Positions 1 to 6,567 of a DNA stretch of 12,071 nucleotides are shown in pieces (the stretch's first letter is position 1; each line of letters starts with the position of its first letter). The translations under genes and the position numbers were made by a program. The notes under the pieces are model-generated. The model was not told the origin of the DNA and did not search any database. It saw nothing but the letters and a program-made list of their open reading frames with translations. The stretch is from the UHGV virus genome UHGV-0371921. One strand, given 5' to 3'. Source of the stretch: a virus.

Positions 1-230
1 AGACTGGAGGCTATGATGGAGAAATTATCAGCAAGGGTGTAGAAGAAATTAATGTGTTGACAAGTGAAAAAGTTTTTGTTATAGTGCATCCAGATTCCAG
101 AGTGAAGCATTACTGGAATGCCAGAACAAAAACTTGGACACCGTTTGCAGATTCTGCTACGCCACTTTTAAACCAGAAAGCTCTTGACTCTGCCCCAAGT
201 TATGGGGTTGTTGAAGAAAAGCTAAACTGA
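1..230 (+). CDS. hypothetical protein, C-terminal fragment (5' end outside window); paralog of the 2037..2432 product
   Basis: Open frame in phase with nt 3 runs from the window edge to TGA 228-230. Tail ...VHPDSRVKHYWNARTKTWTPFADSATPLL aligns by eye with ...RHPHSNIAYYWDVLNNEWTPDLQKATVLTPFL of the 2037..2432 product. Confidence 0.6.
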   Translation, partial: TGGYDGEIISKGVEEINVLTSEKVFVIVHPDSRVKHYWNARTKTWTPFADSATPLLNQKALDSAPSYGVVEEKLN

Positions 231-247
231 AACAGTGAGGTGTCACC

Positions 248-538
248 ATGATGGATTTAATTCTAAATATTGATAACGCAGGAGAGTTTAAAGACGATGG
301 TGTAACAAGCATGGACAAACCCTGCTCTGCTAAGGTTGACTCAAAATGGACCTACAAGTTTGACGGAGAGATCTTCGCAAATGATGAGAAGGTTGTAGAT
401 GCTGCAGCCATTTTAAACGCTCTAGGGTACGACCCTGTGAATTCTTTGATCAAGGATCCTGTTGAGTTTGCAGAGTATGTTCGAAAAATGGCAGATCTTG
501 CTGTGGATATTTTAAAAACTATCGACAACAAGCTGTAA
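248..538 (+). CDS. hypothetical protein (96 aa)
   Basis: ATG 248 with GTGAGG 7 nt upstream; protein-like composition; same strand as neighbours. Confidence 0.65.
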   Translation: MMDLILNIDNAGEFKDDGVTSMDKPCSAKVDSKWTYKFDGEIFANDEKVVDAAAILNALGYDPVNSLIKDPVEFAEYVRKMADLAVDILKTIDNKL

Positions 539-544
539 AAACTG

Positions 545-573
545 TTGACACAACGCTTCAGATTTAGTATCAT
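545..573 (+). promoter_or_regulatory. sigma70-like promoter TTGACA-N17-TATCAT
   Basis: TTGACA 545-550, 17 nt spacer, TATCAT 568-573; sits upstream of the HPF-like gene. Confidence 0.5.
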
Positions 574-581
574 TGTTTTCA

Positions 582-606
582 AAGAGGGTTTGGTTCCCTC
601 TTCTTT
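582..606 (+). other. stem-loop in 5' leader (AAGAGGG / CCCTCTT, 7 bp stem, 7 nt loop) followed by TCTTT
   Basis: Perfect inverted repeat 582-588 / 596-602 just after the predicted start site; possible attenuator or leader structure. Confidence 0.4.
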
Positions 607-620
607 AAAAGGAACACGTT

Positions 621-938
621 ATGCAAATTGAGATCACTGGCAACGTAGAAATCACCGAAGGCATGGTGTCTTTCATTTCCCACAAAATGTCAAAACTGGA
701 GCGTCTACATCCTTCTGTAAATCATGCACGTGTAAGTGTAAAAGTTGAAAATGATCACCAGGAAGTTATGGCGTTCATTTTTGACACTTCTGGAAAAGAA
801 GTTATTGCCAAAGCTAAGGGCAGTGATGCTTACGAGGCAACTGACCGTATGGTGGATGTTGCAGCACGTCAGCTGGCTAAATGCGGTGGAAAGAAAGGTA
901 AAGGGAAAGGCAAAGTAAAGATTGACTTTGGAGAATGA
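621..938 (+). CDS. hpf: ribosome hibernation promoting factor-like protein (RaiA/HPF/YfiA, S30AE family) with Lys/Gly-rich C-terminal tail
   Basis: MQIEITGNVEITE...KLE...VSVKVE...GKEVIAKAKGSDAYEATDRMVDVAARQLAK matches by eye E. coli Hpf (MQLNITGNNVEITE...KLE...VVLKVE...GGEIHASAEGQDMYAAIDGLIDKLARQLTK). Weak SD AAGGA; own promoter at 545-573. Confidence 0.7.
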   Translation: MQIEITGNVEITEGMVSFISHKMSKLERLHPSVNHARVSVKVENDHQEVMAFIFDTSGKEVIAKAKGSDAYEATDRMVDVAARQLAKCGGKKGKGKGKVKIDFGE

Positions 939-947
939 GGTGCTACA

Positions 948-1049
948 ATGGGCGTGATTAAGAAATTAGTCCCAAATGTAGAGATTGCATGCTTTGAAAT
1001 TATGTTTGCAATCGCAGTTGTAGTTAATGTGTTAGGTTACGGCTATTAA
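948..1049 (+). CDS. small hydrophobic peptide (33 aa), not in ORF track (below size cutoff)
   Basis: ATG 948 with GAGGTG 6 nt upstream; MGVIKKLVPNVEIACFEIMFAIAVVVNVLGYGY has a hydrophobic C-terminal half; fills the gap between flanking genes. Confidence 0.4.
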   Translation: MGVIKKLVPNVEIACFEIMFAIAVVVNVLGYGY

Positions 1050-1075
1050 TATCAAATAATTGAGGAGACCTCTAA

Positions 1076-1345
1076 ATGAAAATTAAATTATTCAAAACTG
1101 AGCTGGCAGACAAAAACTGTGGACTGGTTGAAGGCATGATTGTCGAAGCACAACCAGTTGACTATATGAAGGTGGTTCGTGATGCCCTTGGTGAAGGTTT
1201 TGATCTGATGGAGCCAGCTCTGCGAGAAGATGTTATCGAGATGGCTAAAAAGCACACACCTGAAGGAATGGTGGTGTTTGTTGCACCAGGTAACGGAGAG
1301 GAGTTGATTGTAACTCCGGATGTGTATGAGATTGTAGAGGAATAA
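1076..1345 (+). CDS. hypothetical small acidic protein (89 aa); paralog of the 2512..2769 product
   Basis: ATG 1076 with GAGGAG 8 nt upstream; shares MKIKL start and C-terminal VFV.PGNGEELIVTPDVYEIVEE-like motif with the 2512..2769 product. Confidence 0.65.
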   Translation: MKIKLFKTELADKNCGLVEGMIVEAQPVDYMKVVRDALGEGFDLMEPALREDVIEMAKKHTPEGMVVFVAPGNGEELIVTPDVYEIVEE

Positions 1346-1365
1346 TCCTGCTTGGATTAGCATAC

Positions 1366-1396
1366 TTCCTCGACAAGGAAGGTTTGTAATTATTTG
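1366..1396 (+). terminator. weak candidate intrinsic terminator (5 bp stem CTTCC/GGAAG then T-rich tract)
   Basis: Inverted repeat 1365-1369 / 1377-1381 followed by GTTTGTAATTATTTG; short stem, so low confidence. Confidence 0.25.
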
Positions 1397-1436
1397 TGGG
1401 AAAGGAATCCCAATCTCTTACCAGAGGTGATACTAT

Positions 1437-1700
1437 ATGATTGTTTATTTTAAAACTTCAGGTGGATACCCTGATTCTCAAAGCTTGATCGGAAAAACGT
1501 GCACAGCATACTCACCTCTTGATGAGGAGGTAGGAGATATTCTACGAAATATGTATCGGATTGATCCCCAAGAAGCCTTTGATCAAAACCTTGTATTTGT
1601 CAAGGGATCAGACATGAAGTCTTTGGGAGCATTCCCTGAAGCAGATGATGATGCCGTTTATTCGTTCATGACCCCTTTTGAAGCTATGGTTGTTGGGTGA
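1437..1700 (+). CDS. hypothetical protein (87 aa)
   Basis: ATG 1437 with GAGGTG 7 nt upstream. Confidence 0.65.
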   Translation: MIVYFKTSGGYPDSQSLIGKTCTAYSPLDEEVGDILRNMYRIDPQEAFDQNLVFVKGSDMKSLGAFPEADDDAVYSFMTPFEAMVVG

Positions 1701-1704
1701 TAAT

Positions 1705-2037
1705 ATGAAAGTACGCTTTATTGGTGAAACAATTCCTGTGCATCTCCGGTCGCCTGGGGATTCTGCAGATCTTGCATCTCAGAAGGCGAGAGGCTATGAT
1801 AAGAAAGTAACCTCAACCGATGTAGTGCTTGAGGCTACTAGTCTACCTGACCCTGCTGCATTCTTTAATCATTATGGATACTATTTCAGCAATCTGATGA
1901 ATATCGGTGAGCTTGTGTTTATTAGTGGTGGAGAAATTGTTAGCAAGCTTGGCGGCGATCCGGATGTCTTTCATGAAACCTGTCCTTTTGCATTTGTGGT
2001 GGGTTCAGATGTGGAAGTTATTGAGGAGGTGCGGTAA
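1705..2037 (+). CDS. hypothetical small acidic protein (110 aa)
   Basis: Track ORF begins at TTG 1678, but the first in-frame ATG (1705) lies 4 nt after the upstream stop and is the more likely start. C-terminus ends ...VVGSDVEVIEEVR. Confidence 0.6.
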   Translation: MKVRFIGETIPVHLRSPGDSADLASQKARGYDKKVTSTDVVLEATSLPDPAAFFNHYGYYFSNLMNIGELVFISGGEIVSKLGGDPDVFHETCPFAFVVGSDVEVIEEVR

Positions 2038-2432
2038 TGGTAAGCCTATACCGTGTTGAGTATAGCTCAGATACTGTATACAACGTAAGAAGCAAAGATC
2101 GCAGCGACAGAGTGCAAGAAATGTATGTTCTTGCCGACAGTCCGTTATCTGCAGCGTTCAAGGCAGGGGCTCTTGCATCTCGTTGGAAATTTGAAGGCGG
2201 ATCTTTCTATGAAGAAACCCTTGAAGATTCTGTTGTTATTTCTTCTGTAGAGGTTTCAGATGACTACGAAGGGAAAAAGTTCGTAATGCGGCACCCACAC
2301 AGCAACATTGCGTACTACTGGGATGTTCTGAACAACGAGTGGACCCCAGATCTTCAGAAGGCTACTGTGCTAACACCGTTTTTGGCAGATAAGTTCCCAC
2401 CAGATGGTAATTTATCCGCACTGTTTCAGTAA
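2037..2432 (+). CDS. hypothetical protein (131 aa); paralog of the fragment at 1..230
   Basis: ATG overlaps upstream TAA (TAATG); GAGGAGGTG SD upstream; HP.S...YW......WTP motif shared with the 1..230 fragment. Confidence 0.7.
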   Translation: MVSLYRVEYSSDTVYNVRSKDRSDRVQEMYVLADSPLSAAFKAGALASRWKFEGGSFYEETLEDSVVISSVEVSDDYEGKKFVMRHPHSNIAYYWDVLNNEWTPDLQKATVLTPFLADKFPPDGNLSALFQ

Positions 2433-2440
2433 TTTTCTTG

Positions 2441-2479
2441 CACACAGGTGTTGACAACACCAACCCTGTGTGAAATAAT
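2441..2479 (+). promoter_or_regulatory. sigma70-like promoter TTGACA-N17-AATAAT with the -35 box embedded in an 8 bp inverted repeat
   Basis: TTGACA 2451-2456, AATAAT 2474-2479; inverted repeat CACACAGG 2441-2448 / CCTGTGTG 2465-2472 flanks the -35 box (possible operator). Confidence 0.5.
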
Positions 2480-2511
2480 ACCTTCATCTTAACAAGACGG
2501 GAGACTGATTG

Positions 2512-2769
2512 ATGAAGATTAAACTGAAAAACCTTGAAATGGCAGAGATTCAGGATGGTGTTGATTTCCGCTCTAAAGATGGTGACATCTTAGAGGTAAA
2601 TCTTCCAACCTACGAGCTGATTAAAGGTTTTGGCAACGTTCAGGAAGAGGATATTCCAGAAGCTCTTATGATGTTGATTCTTGACGGAACTGTGTTTGTA
2701 GGTGAAGGTGAGAACGCTATTGCAATCCCAGGCCATTTTTATGAAGTAGCTGACGAAGAGGTGCTGTAA
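2512..2769 (+). CDS. hypothetical small acidic protein (85 aa); paralog of the 1076..1345 product
   Basis: Track starts at TTG 2509; ATG 2512 with GGGAG 9 nt upstream is preferred. MKIKL start and VFVGEGENAIAIPGHFYEVADEEVL tail resemble the 1076..1345 product. Confidence 0.65.
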   Translation: MKIKLKNLEMAEIQDGVDFRSKDGDILEVNLPTYELIKGFGNVQEEDIPEALMMLILDGTVFVGEGENAIAIPGHFYEVADEEVL

Positions 2770-3120
2770 ATGAAAGTAGAAATTACTGGTTTTGATGTTA
2801 GTGTGGTTCCGGAAGATATTTTAGCTAACTTACCGGAAGGTTTTGGTAACGGTGTTGTGGTGGATGCTGTTCCTCCTACCAAAGACATTCTGCTGCAGTA
2901 TGGTGTAGCAGAGAAAGATGTCGATAAAGTTCTTACAATGATGGCAATCGATCGTGTTGTCGTTGTTAAAGGTCTCGATAATTTTGAGAGTGATCCTCTG
3001 ATTATTCGCGGAGATGACTACAAAATCATCGATAATGAAGGCCAAGAGTTCTATGAGCCTTGTGCAGAAGATATTCTTAACTTATTACTGGAAGCAGGCA
3101 CCGAAGAGGAGGACGAATAA
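2770..3120 (+). CDS. hypothetical acidic protein (116 aa)
   Basis: ATG follows upstream TAA directly; GAGGTG SD; acidic C-terminus. Confidence 0.7.
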   Translation: MKVEITGFDVSVVPEDILANLPEGFGNGVVVDAVPPTKDILLQYGVAEKDVDKVLTMMAIDRVVVVKGLDNFESDPLIIRGDDYKIIDNEGQEFYEPCAEDILNLLLEAGTEEEDE

Positions 3121-3449
3121 TGAAGATTGACCAGTTACTGAAGGCTCGTGCAGAAAAAGCGTACACCATTAAGCTGACCAATCTGGTTCCTACTTGTCAT
3201 CCGGATGTAGGTTGGCCCGAAGGTCTGGTAGAGGGAACTGTAACAGCTGCATACCTTCCTGACATCAAGTACCTTATGGAGATCTTAGAGATGGATGAGG
3301 AAACTGCAGAACAGTTCCAGTTAGATATGAAACAGAGTGGGACTCTGGTTATTCACGGGTGGTATAATACTAAAGATGCAGAAGACCCTCTGGTAACTTC
3401 TAATCTGGCATATGAAATCTTAGGTCCTTTGAACCTGGAGGAAGACTAA
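3120..3449 (+). CDS. hypothetical acidic protein (109 aa)
   Basis: TAATG overlap with upstream gene; GAGGAGGA SD. Confidence 0.7.
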   Translation: MKIDQLLKARAEKAYTIKLTNLVPTCHPDVGWPEGLVEGTVTAAYLPDIKYLMEILEMDEETAEQFQLDMKQSGTLVIHGWYNTKDAEDPLVTSNLAYEILGPLNLEED

Positions 3450-3736
3450 TGAAAGATCTGGTTAAGATTAAGATTAAAGATACCAATGGAGAACTCAGCC
3501 ATTTTGGAATTAATGATGGTGACGAGCTGATCGCACACCTGCCTACTAAGGAGGTTGTAAGCAAAGCAGTTGCCGGAGAAGAAGCTGCAATGCAGGCTGC
3601 AGGCGTGGATGAAAACTATGTAGCTATGTGCATGTGCCGAGATCAGGTTGTTCTGTATAAAGCGTATCGACCAAACGGAGCCACGGAGTGGCTTGTATTC
3701 CGACCCGAAGGATATGAAATCTTAGAGGCACTATGA
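3449..3736 (+). CDS. hypothetical protein (95 aa)
   Basis: TAATG overlap with upstream gene; GGAGG SD. Confidence 0.7.
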   Translation: MKDLVKIKIKDTNGELSHFGINDGDELIAHLPTKEVVSKAVAGEEAAMQAAGVDENYVAMCMCRDQVVLYKAYRPNGATEWLVFRPEGYEILEAL

Positions 3737-3816
3737 TAAATCTTGCCAAGGTTGCAACGGCACTGTTAATTATTTGCTGGTCTGTAACCTTAACACTGTG
3801 TCTTGTATTTCAGTGA
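3733..3816 (+). CDS. small hydrophobic peptide (27 aa, MINLAKVATALLIICWSVTLTLCLVFQ), predicted single transmembrane helix
   Basis: ATG 3733 overlaps upstream stop (ATGA); AGAGG 5 nt upstream; stop TGA 3814-3816; below ORF-track cutoff. Confidence 0.35.
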   Translation: MINLAKVATALLIICWSVTLTLCLVFQ

Positions 3817-3825
3817 GGTGCTTGT

Positions 3826-4089
3826 ATGAACATCCTGATGTGGGTTATAGCAGTGGCGTTTGTTGCATGTTTTTGCTGCTGGGTTGCGGTGAGGATTTCT
3901 GTAGCTACCCTTCGGAAGTTGGGGTTCTCAGAATGGGATATTAATATCCTTTCTTTTCGCAATGAAACAATCTCAGCCGCCCTGCTTTGTAAGAAATTCA
4001 AGTGGGAACCTTGTGAGGTCATGAGCTATCTAAGAACAGGCGATATCCCTGAAAGATTTAAAAAAGTTCTTGACGGCAAAGATAAATGA
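3826..4089 (+). CDS. small membrane protein (87 aa) with N-terminal transmembrane helix
   Basis: ATG 3826 with GTGAGGTG SD 7 nt upstream; N-terminus MNILMWVIAVAFVACFCCWVAV is strongly hydrophobic. Confidence 0.65.
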   Translation: MNILMWVIAVAFVACFCCWVAVRISVATLRKLGFSEWDINILSFRNETISAALLCKKFKWEPCEVMSYLRTGDIPERFKKVLDGKDK

Positions 4090-4117
4090 CAGTATAGTGA
4101 CTAACAAGAGGTGAGGA

Positions 4118-4258
4118 GTGACTGATTTTACTGAAGCTTTAATGATGGCCTTGTCTGTTTTAGCGCTATCGGTGTGTTTTGGGGCGTTATTCACATCTCT
4201 GGTTAAAGTTTTACATACAGTATTATTACCCAAGGGGCGCAGTAATGACGAAGATTGA
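4118..4258 (+). CDS. small hydrophobic peptide (46 aa from GTG 4118, or 38 aa from ATG 4142)
   Basis: AAGAGG 4106-4111 lies 6 nt before GTG 4118; product ...MMALSVLALSVCFGALFTSLVKVLHTVLLPKGRSNDED contains one hydrophobic helix; 3' end overlaps the next gene start by 14 nt. Confidence 0.35.
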   Translation: MTDFTEALMMALSVLALSVCFGALFTSLVKVLHTVLLPKGRSNDED

Positions 4259-4496
4259 CTTGAATGCTGGAGACCATGTTGTTGTCAAATGCATCGGAGA
4301 TTATCTTGGATTCACAATCGGCAATACTTACGAGGCGGTAGTGGCGAAGGTTTATCATGATAAAGTCCTCAGTCTTGTATTTGACTGCGATGATGATGGA
4401 GATGACCGATACGTCTGTGAGGTGCTGGCACGAGACGACAGTGAAGACCAGAAATTCCTGGTTATTGAACTGAACGGTATTTTTGTAGAACGTTAA
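4245..4496 (+). CDS. hypothetical acidic protein (83 aa)
   Basis: Track begins at TTG 4179; the in-frame ATG 4245 with AAGGGG 7 nt upstream is preferred; contains DCDDDGDD acidic stretch. Confidence 0.6.
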   Translation: MTKIDLNAGDHVVVKCIGDYLGFTIGNTYEAVVAKVYHDKVLSLVFDCDDDGDDRYVCEVLARDDSEDQKFLVIELNGIFVER

Positions 4497-4524
4497 TTTA
4501 AAACAACATAAGGAGACTCTTACT

Positions 4525-4830
4525 ATGGCTAAATCTAAAGTTGAACTGTTCACCTCTCTTCCTTCTGACACTGCAGAGCGTGATCGCCTTCGCAAGACAA
4601 TCGAAGAACTGGTGGAACTCCAACTTCAGATTAAAGATCTGAAAGATGCCATTAAGGATATCATTCTCGTTGAGAAGCAGGATCACCTGTATTCTCCTAA
4701 ATTCATCAAATCTTTGGTGGCTACCGAGTTCGATATTCGCTATGAGGCTGAAAAACGTCGAGCTAAAATCGAAGAAGAGGTTGAGCACATGTCCGAGGCA
4801 GACATTCTGTTCAAACGCTCTGTAGAATAA
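4525..4830 (+). CDS. hypothetical charged, probably alpha-helical or coiled-coil protein (101 aa)
   Basis: Consensus AAGGAG 4510-4515, 9 nt before ATG; strong terminator directly downstream; heptad-like charged sequence. Confidence 0.75.
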   Translation: MAKSKVELFTSLPSDTAERDRLRKTIEELVELQLQIKDLKDAIKDIILVEKQDHLYSPKFIKSLVATEFDIRYEAEKRRAKIEEEVEHMSEADILFKRSVE

Positions 4831-4838
4831 TGACAAAG

Positions 4839-4863
4839 AGAGGGGCTTGGGCCCCTCTTTTTA
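4839..4863 (+). terminator. intrinsic terminator (AGAGGGGC-TTGG-GCCCCTCT then TTTTT)
   Basis: Perfect 8 bp GC-rich stem 4839-4846 / 4851-4858 followed by T5 tract. Confidence 0.8.
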
Positions 4864-4885
4864 CTATCTATGAAGGAGATTTGAG

Positions 4886-5218
4886 ATGGGTATACCGATC
4901 ACTGTAAAAGAATTGAATGAACGTGATGCAGGTGGTCTATGGCCTGCACGAAAAATACGCTGCATCCGTATGAAAGAGAACCTTGAGCATCTTGAGCAAC
5001 AGAAACGGATTGAGGTTGGTGATATTTTCGAAGTATTTTATTCTGATCGCCGTAACTGGGAAACCATTCAACCTTCCGGTTTTGTTCTTGCTAAGCTTGA
5101 CACTGGAGAAGTGATTGTTCCTGGGTTGGATATTGTCTTCGAAATTATCCAGGAGTGGGATCCGGACAAGATTAGATACGAAGAGCTATTCGGTGAAGGT
5201 ATTATCAAACCTGTGTGA
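4886..5218 (+). CDS. hypothetical protein (110 aa)
   Basis: ATG 4886 with AAGGAG 7 nt upstream. Confidence 0.7.
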   Translation: MGIPITVKELNERDAGGLWPARKIRCIRMKENLEHLEQQKRIEVGDIFEVFYSDRRNWETIQPSGFVLAKLDTGEVIVPGLDIVFEIIQEWDPDKIRYEELFGEGIIKPV

Positions 5219-5226
5219 GGTGGATT

Positions 5227-5526
5227 ATGTCTACAAAGGCGGCTAAATACTCCTACATGCCATCAACCTCTGCAGAGGTAGACTTTAGTTTCGATGTGTT
5301 TCCACTGTTTGAGGTGGTTCTGGCATACCCAACAATACTATCTACTCCTGAATCACTTGTGCCTGTTAAGTTGCAGAACGCTATGCATTCCATGCACTAC
5401 AACAACAAATGTAGGCACAGATGGTGTCAGGACGAGGAAAAAGATTTGGATAGTTTGAGAGATTTTGACAGTCACCTTTTGACACCTTTCAGCTACTCCA
5501 ACCTTGATAAGCCCTCGTGGGTATAG
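5227..5526 (+). CDS. hypothetical protein (99 aa)
   Basis: Track starts at GTG 5215; ATG 5227 with GTGAGGTGG SD is preferred. Composition is less typical (His/Cys-rich middle), so moderate confidence; followed by a terminator. Confidence 0.5.
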   Translation: MSTKAAKYSYMPSTSAEVDFSFDVFPLFEVVLAYPTILSTPESLVPVKLQNAMHSMHYNNKCRHRWCQDEEKDLDSLRDFDSHLLTPFSYSNLDKPSWV

Positions 5527-5550
5527 CAAAATATCAAATTTAAGACACCT

Positions 5551-5580
5551 AGGACGCTCTGTGGCGTCCTTTTCTTTATC
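5551..5580 (+). terminator. intrinsic terminator (AGGACGC-TCTGTG-GCGTCCT then TTTCTTTAT)
   Basis: 7 bp stem 5551-5557 / 5564-5570 followed by T-rich tract. Confidence 0.7.
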
Positions 5581-5739
5581 TGGTGCACGATTGCATACCT
5601 TGGGCAGTTAATCTCATTACAGAGCGTTTAAGAGCTCCCTACAAACAACTCCATATTTCGAGCGTAGCGAGAACGCACGTCCGTTTTGACCCAAATCACC
5701 ATACGCTCGGATTTTAACCAAACCCTCGCGGCGTTTCTG

Positions 5740-5768
5740 TTGACACATTACCGCTCCAGTGATAATAT
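5740..5768 (+). promoter_or_regulatory. sigma70-like promoter TTGACA-N17-TAATAT
   Basis: TTGACA 5740-5745, 17 nt spacer, TAATAT 5763-5768; a DnaA-box-like ATATCCACA overlaps the start region at 5765-5773. Confidence 0.55.
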
Positions 5769-5788
5769 CCACACATCATTTGGAGAAT

Positions 5789-5890
5789 ATGGGATACACA
5801 ATGAAAACATTGTCAGAGGTTTTGGTGGTGATCCTGATGATCATTACGTCCATAGCAGCTGTTGCCGGAATACTCACGGGTGGAACATGA
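5789..5890 (+). CDS. small hydrophobic peptide (33 aa, MGYTMKTLSEVLVVILMIITSIAAVAGILTGGT)
   Basis: First ORF downstream of the 5740 promoter; GGAGA 3 nt before ATG 5789 (alternative ATG 5801); one predicted transmembrane helix; below ORF-track cutoff. Confidence 0.4.
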   Translation: MGYTMKTLSEVLVVILMIITSIAAVAGILTGGT

Positions 5891-6101
5891 TCAACACACA
5901 CATGCATCTGAAGAGACATCCAAAGGAGTGACTATATGTCCCTTGGCTGAGCCAGTGAAAGAGGAAAACTTAGATTCTGAAGATTCTCCATCTTCGCTCC
6001 AGGTAGATCCTGAGGCTGATGACCTAACGTGGGAAGACATCGTAGATATCTGGTTCTCTATTATGCCTGAGCACGAAGAGTTCAGAGGTGGTAGACTATG
6101 A
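5862..6101 (+). CDS. hypothetical highly acidic protein; 5' end uncertain (track TTG 5862; alternatives TTG 5943, GTG 5955)
   Basis: Open frame with acidic, protein-like C-terminal half (EENLDSEDSPSSLQVDPEADDLTWEDIVDIWFSIMPEHEEF). No good SD before 5862; AAGGAG 5923-5928 instead serves a 4-codon mini-ORF (ATG 5936 to TGA 5948-5950). Confidence 0.4.
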   Translation: MPEYSRVEHDQHTHASEETSKGVTICPLAEPVKEENLDSEDSPSSLQVDPEADDLTWEDIVDIWFSIMPEHEEFRGGRL

Positions 6102-6222
6102 AGCACCGAGCCCACACAGGTTCCTCATGCTAAAGCATGGCCTGAAGAGGCAAACGTGCATAATTCCTGTGCATTGGGACGTATAAAACCCTGTTCACAC
6201 TCTCATTTCCAGAGGAGATTTT

Positions 6223-6438
6223 ATGAAGATAGAAATATTTGGTGGAGCTGACAACACTCGTGGCCTGATTTACCTTGAATTCGATGAATCATACCTGCCA
6301 GAGGTGTTAAATATAGACTCTGTTGCTGAGGCTTTGGGAGTAAACCCTAAAGAACTCCACTCTTGTGCTGAGATCGATGGTTGGGAAGAGACCATGAACA
6401 TTGATTTCAGTGAAGTAGAGGATGAACCGCTGGACTGA
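6223..6438 (+). CDS. hypothetical acidic protein (71 aa)
   Basis: ATG 6223 with GAGGAG 5 nt upstream; last gene of the rightward block. Confidence 0.6.
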   Translation: MKIEIFGGADNTRGLIYLEFDESYLPEVLNIDSVAEALGVNPKELHSCAEIDGWEETMNIDFSEVEDEPLD

Positions 6439-6532
6439 CGCACAATTAGCTGCCCGGCCAAAGTGCTGGAAGCGCACCTATAACACATCTTTCAACTAAA
6501 TTTCCCACCACCACAATCACTTACCTTCCACA

Positions 6533-6565
6533 CATGACTGTTTGCTTGTTTAGTGAGCAGTCATG
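6533..6565 (+). other. inverted repeat CATGACTG-N17-CAGTCATG immediately upstream of a promoter
   Basis: 8 bp arms at 6533-6540 and 6558-6565. Confidence 0.4.
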
Positions 6566-6567
6566 CC

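Noticed and set aside
5765-5773. DnaA-box-like ATATCCACA
   Set aside because: Single 8-of-9 match overlapping a promoter; the repeated motifs in the candidate origin region are a different sequence, so no DnaA-dependent origin is claimed from this.
5686-5931. Plus-strand 81 aa ORF (TTG start)
   Set aside because: Spans the TTGACA-N17-TAATAT promoter at 5740-5768, has no SD and a His/Cys-rich product; the small peptide at 5789-5890 downstream of the promoter explains the region better.
352-6488. Minus-strand track ORFs inside the rightward block (352-582, 1088-1363, 2830-3045, 3810-4022, 4030-4233, 4203-4595, 4498-4836, 5891-6115, 6270-6488)
   Set aside because: Each lies antisense to a plus-strand gene with a proper SD and coupling to neighbours; none has its own SD; compositions look like non-coding frames.
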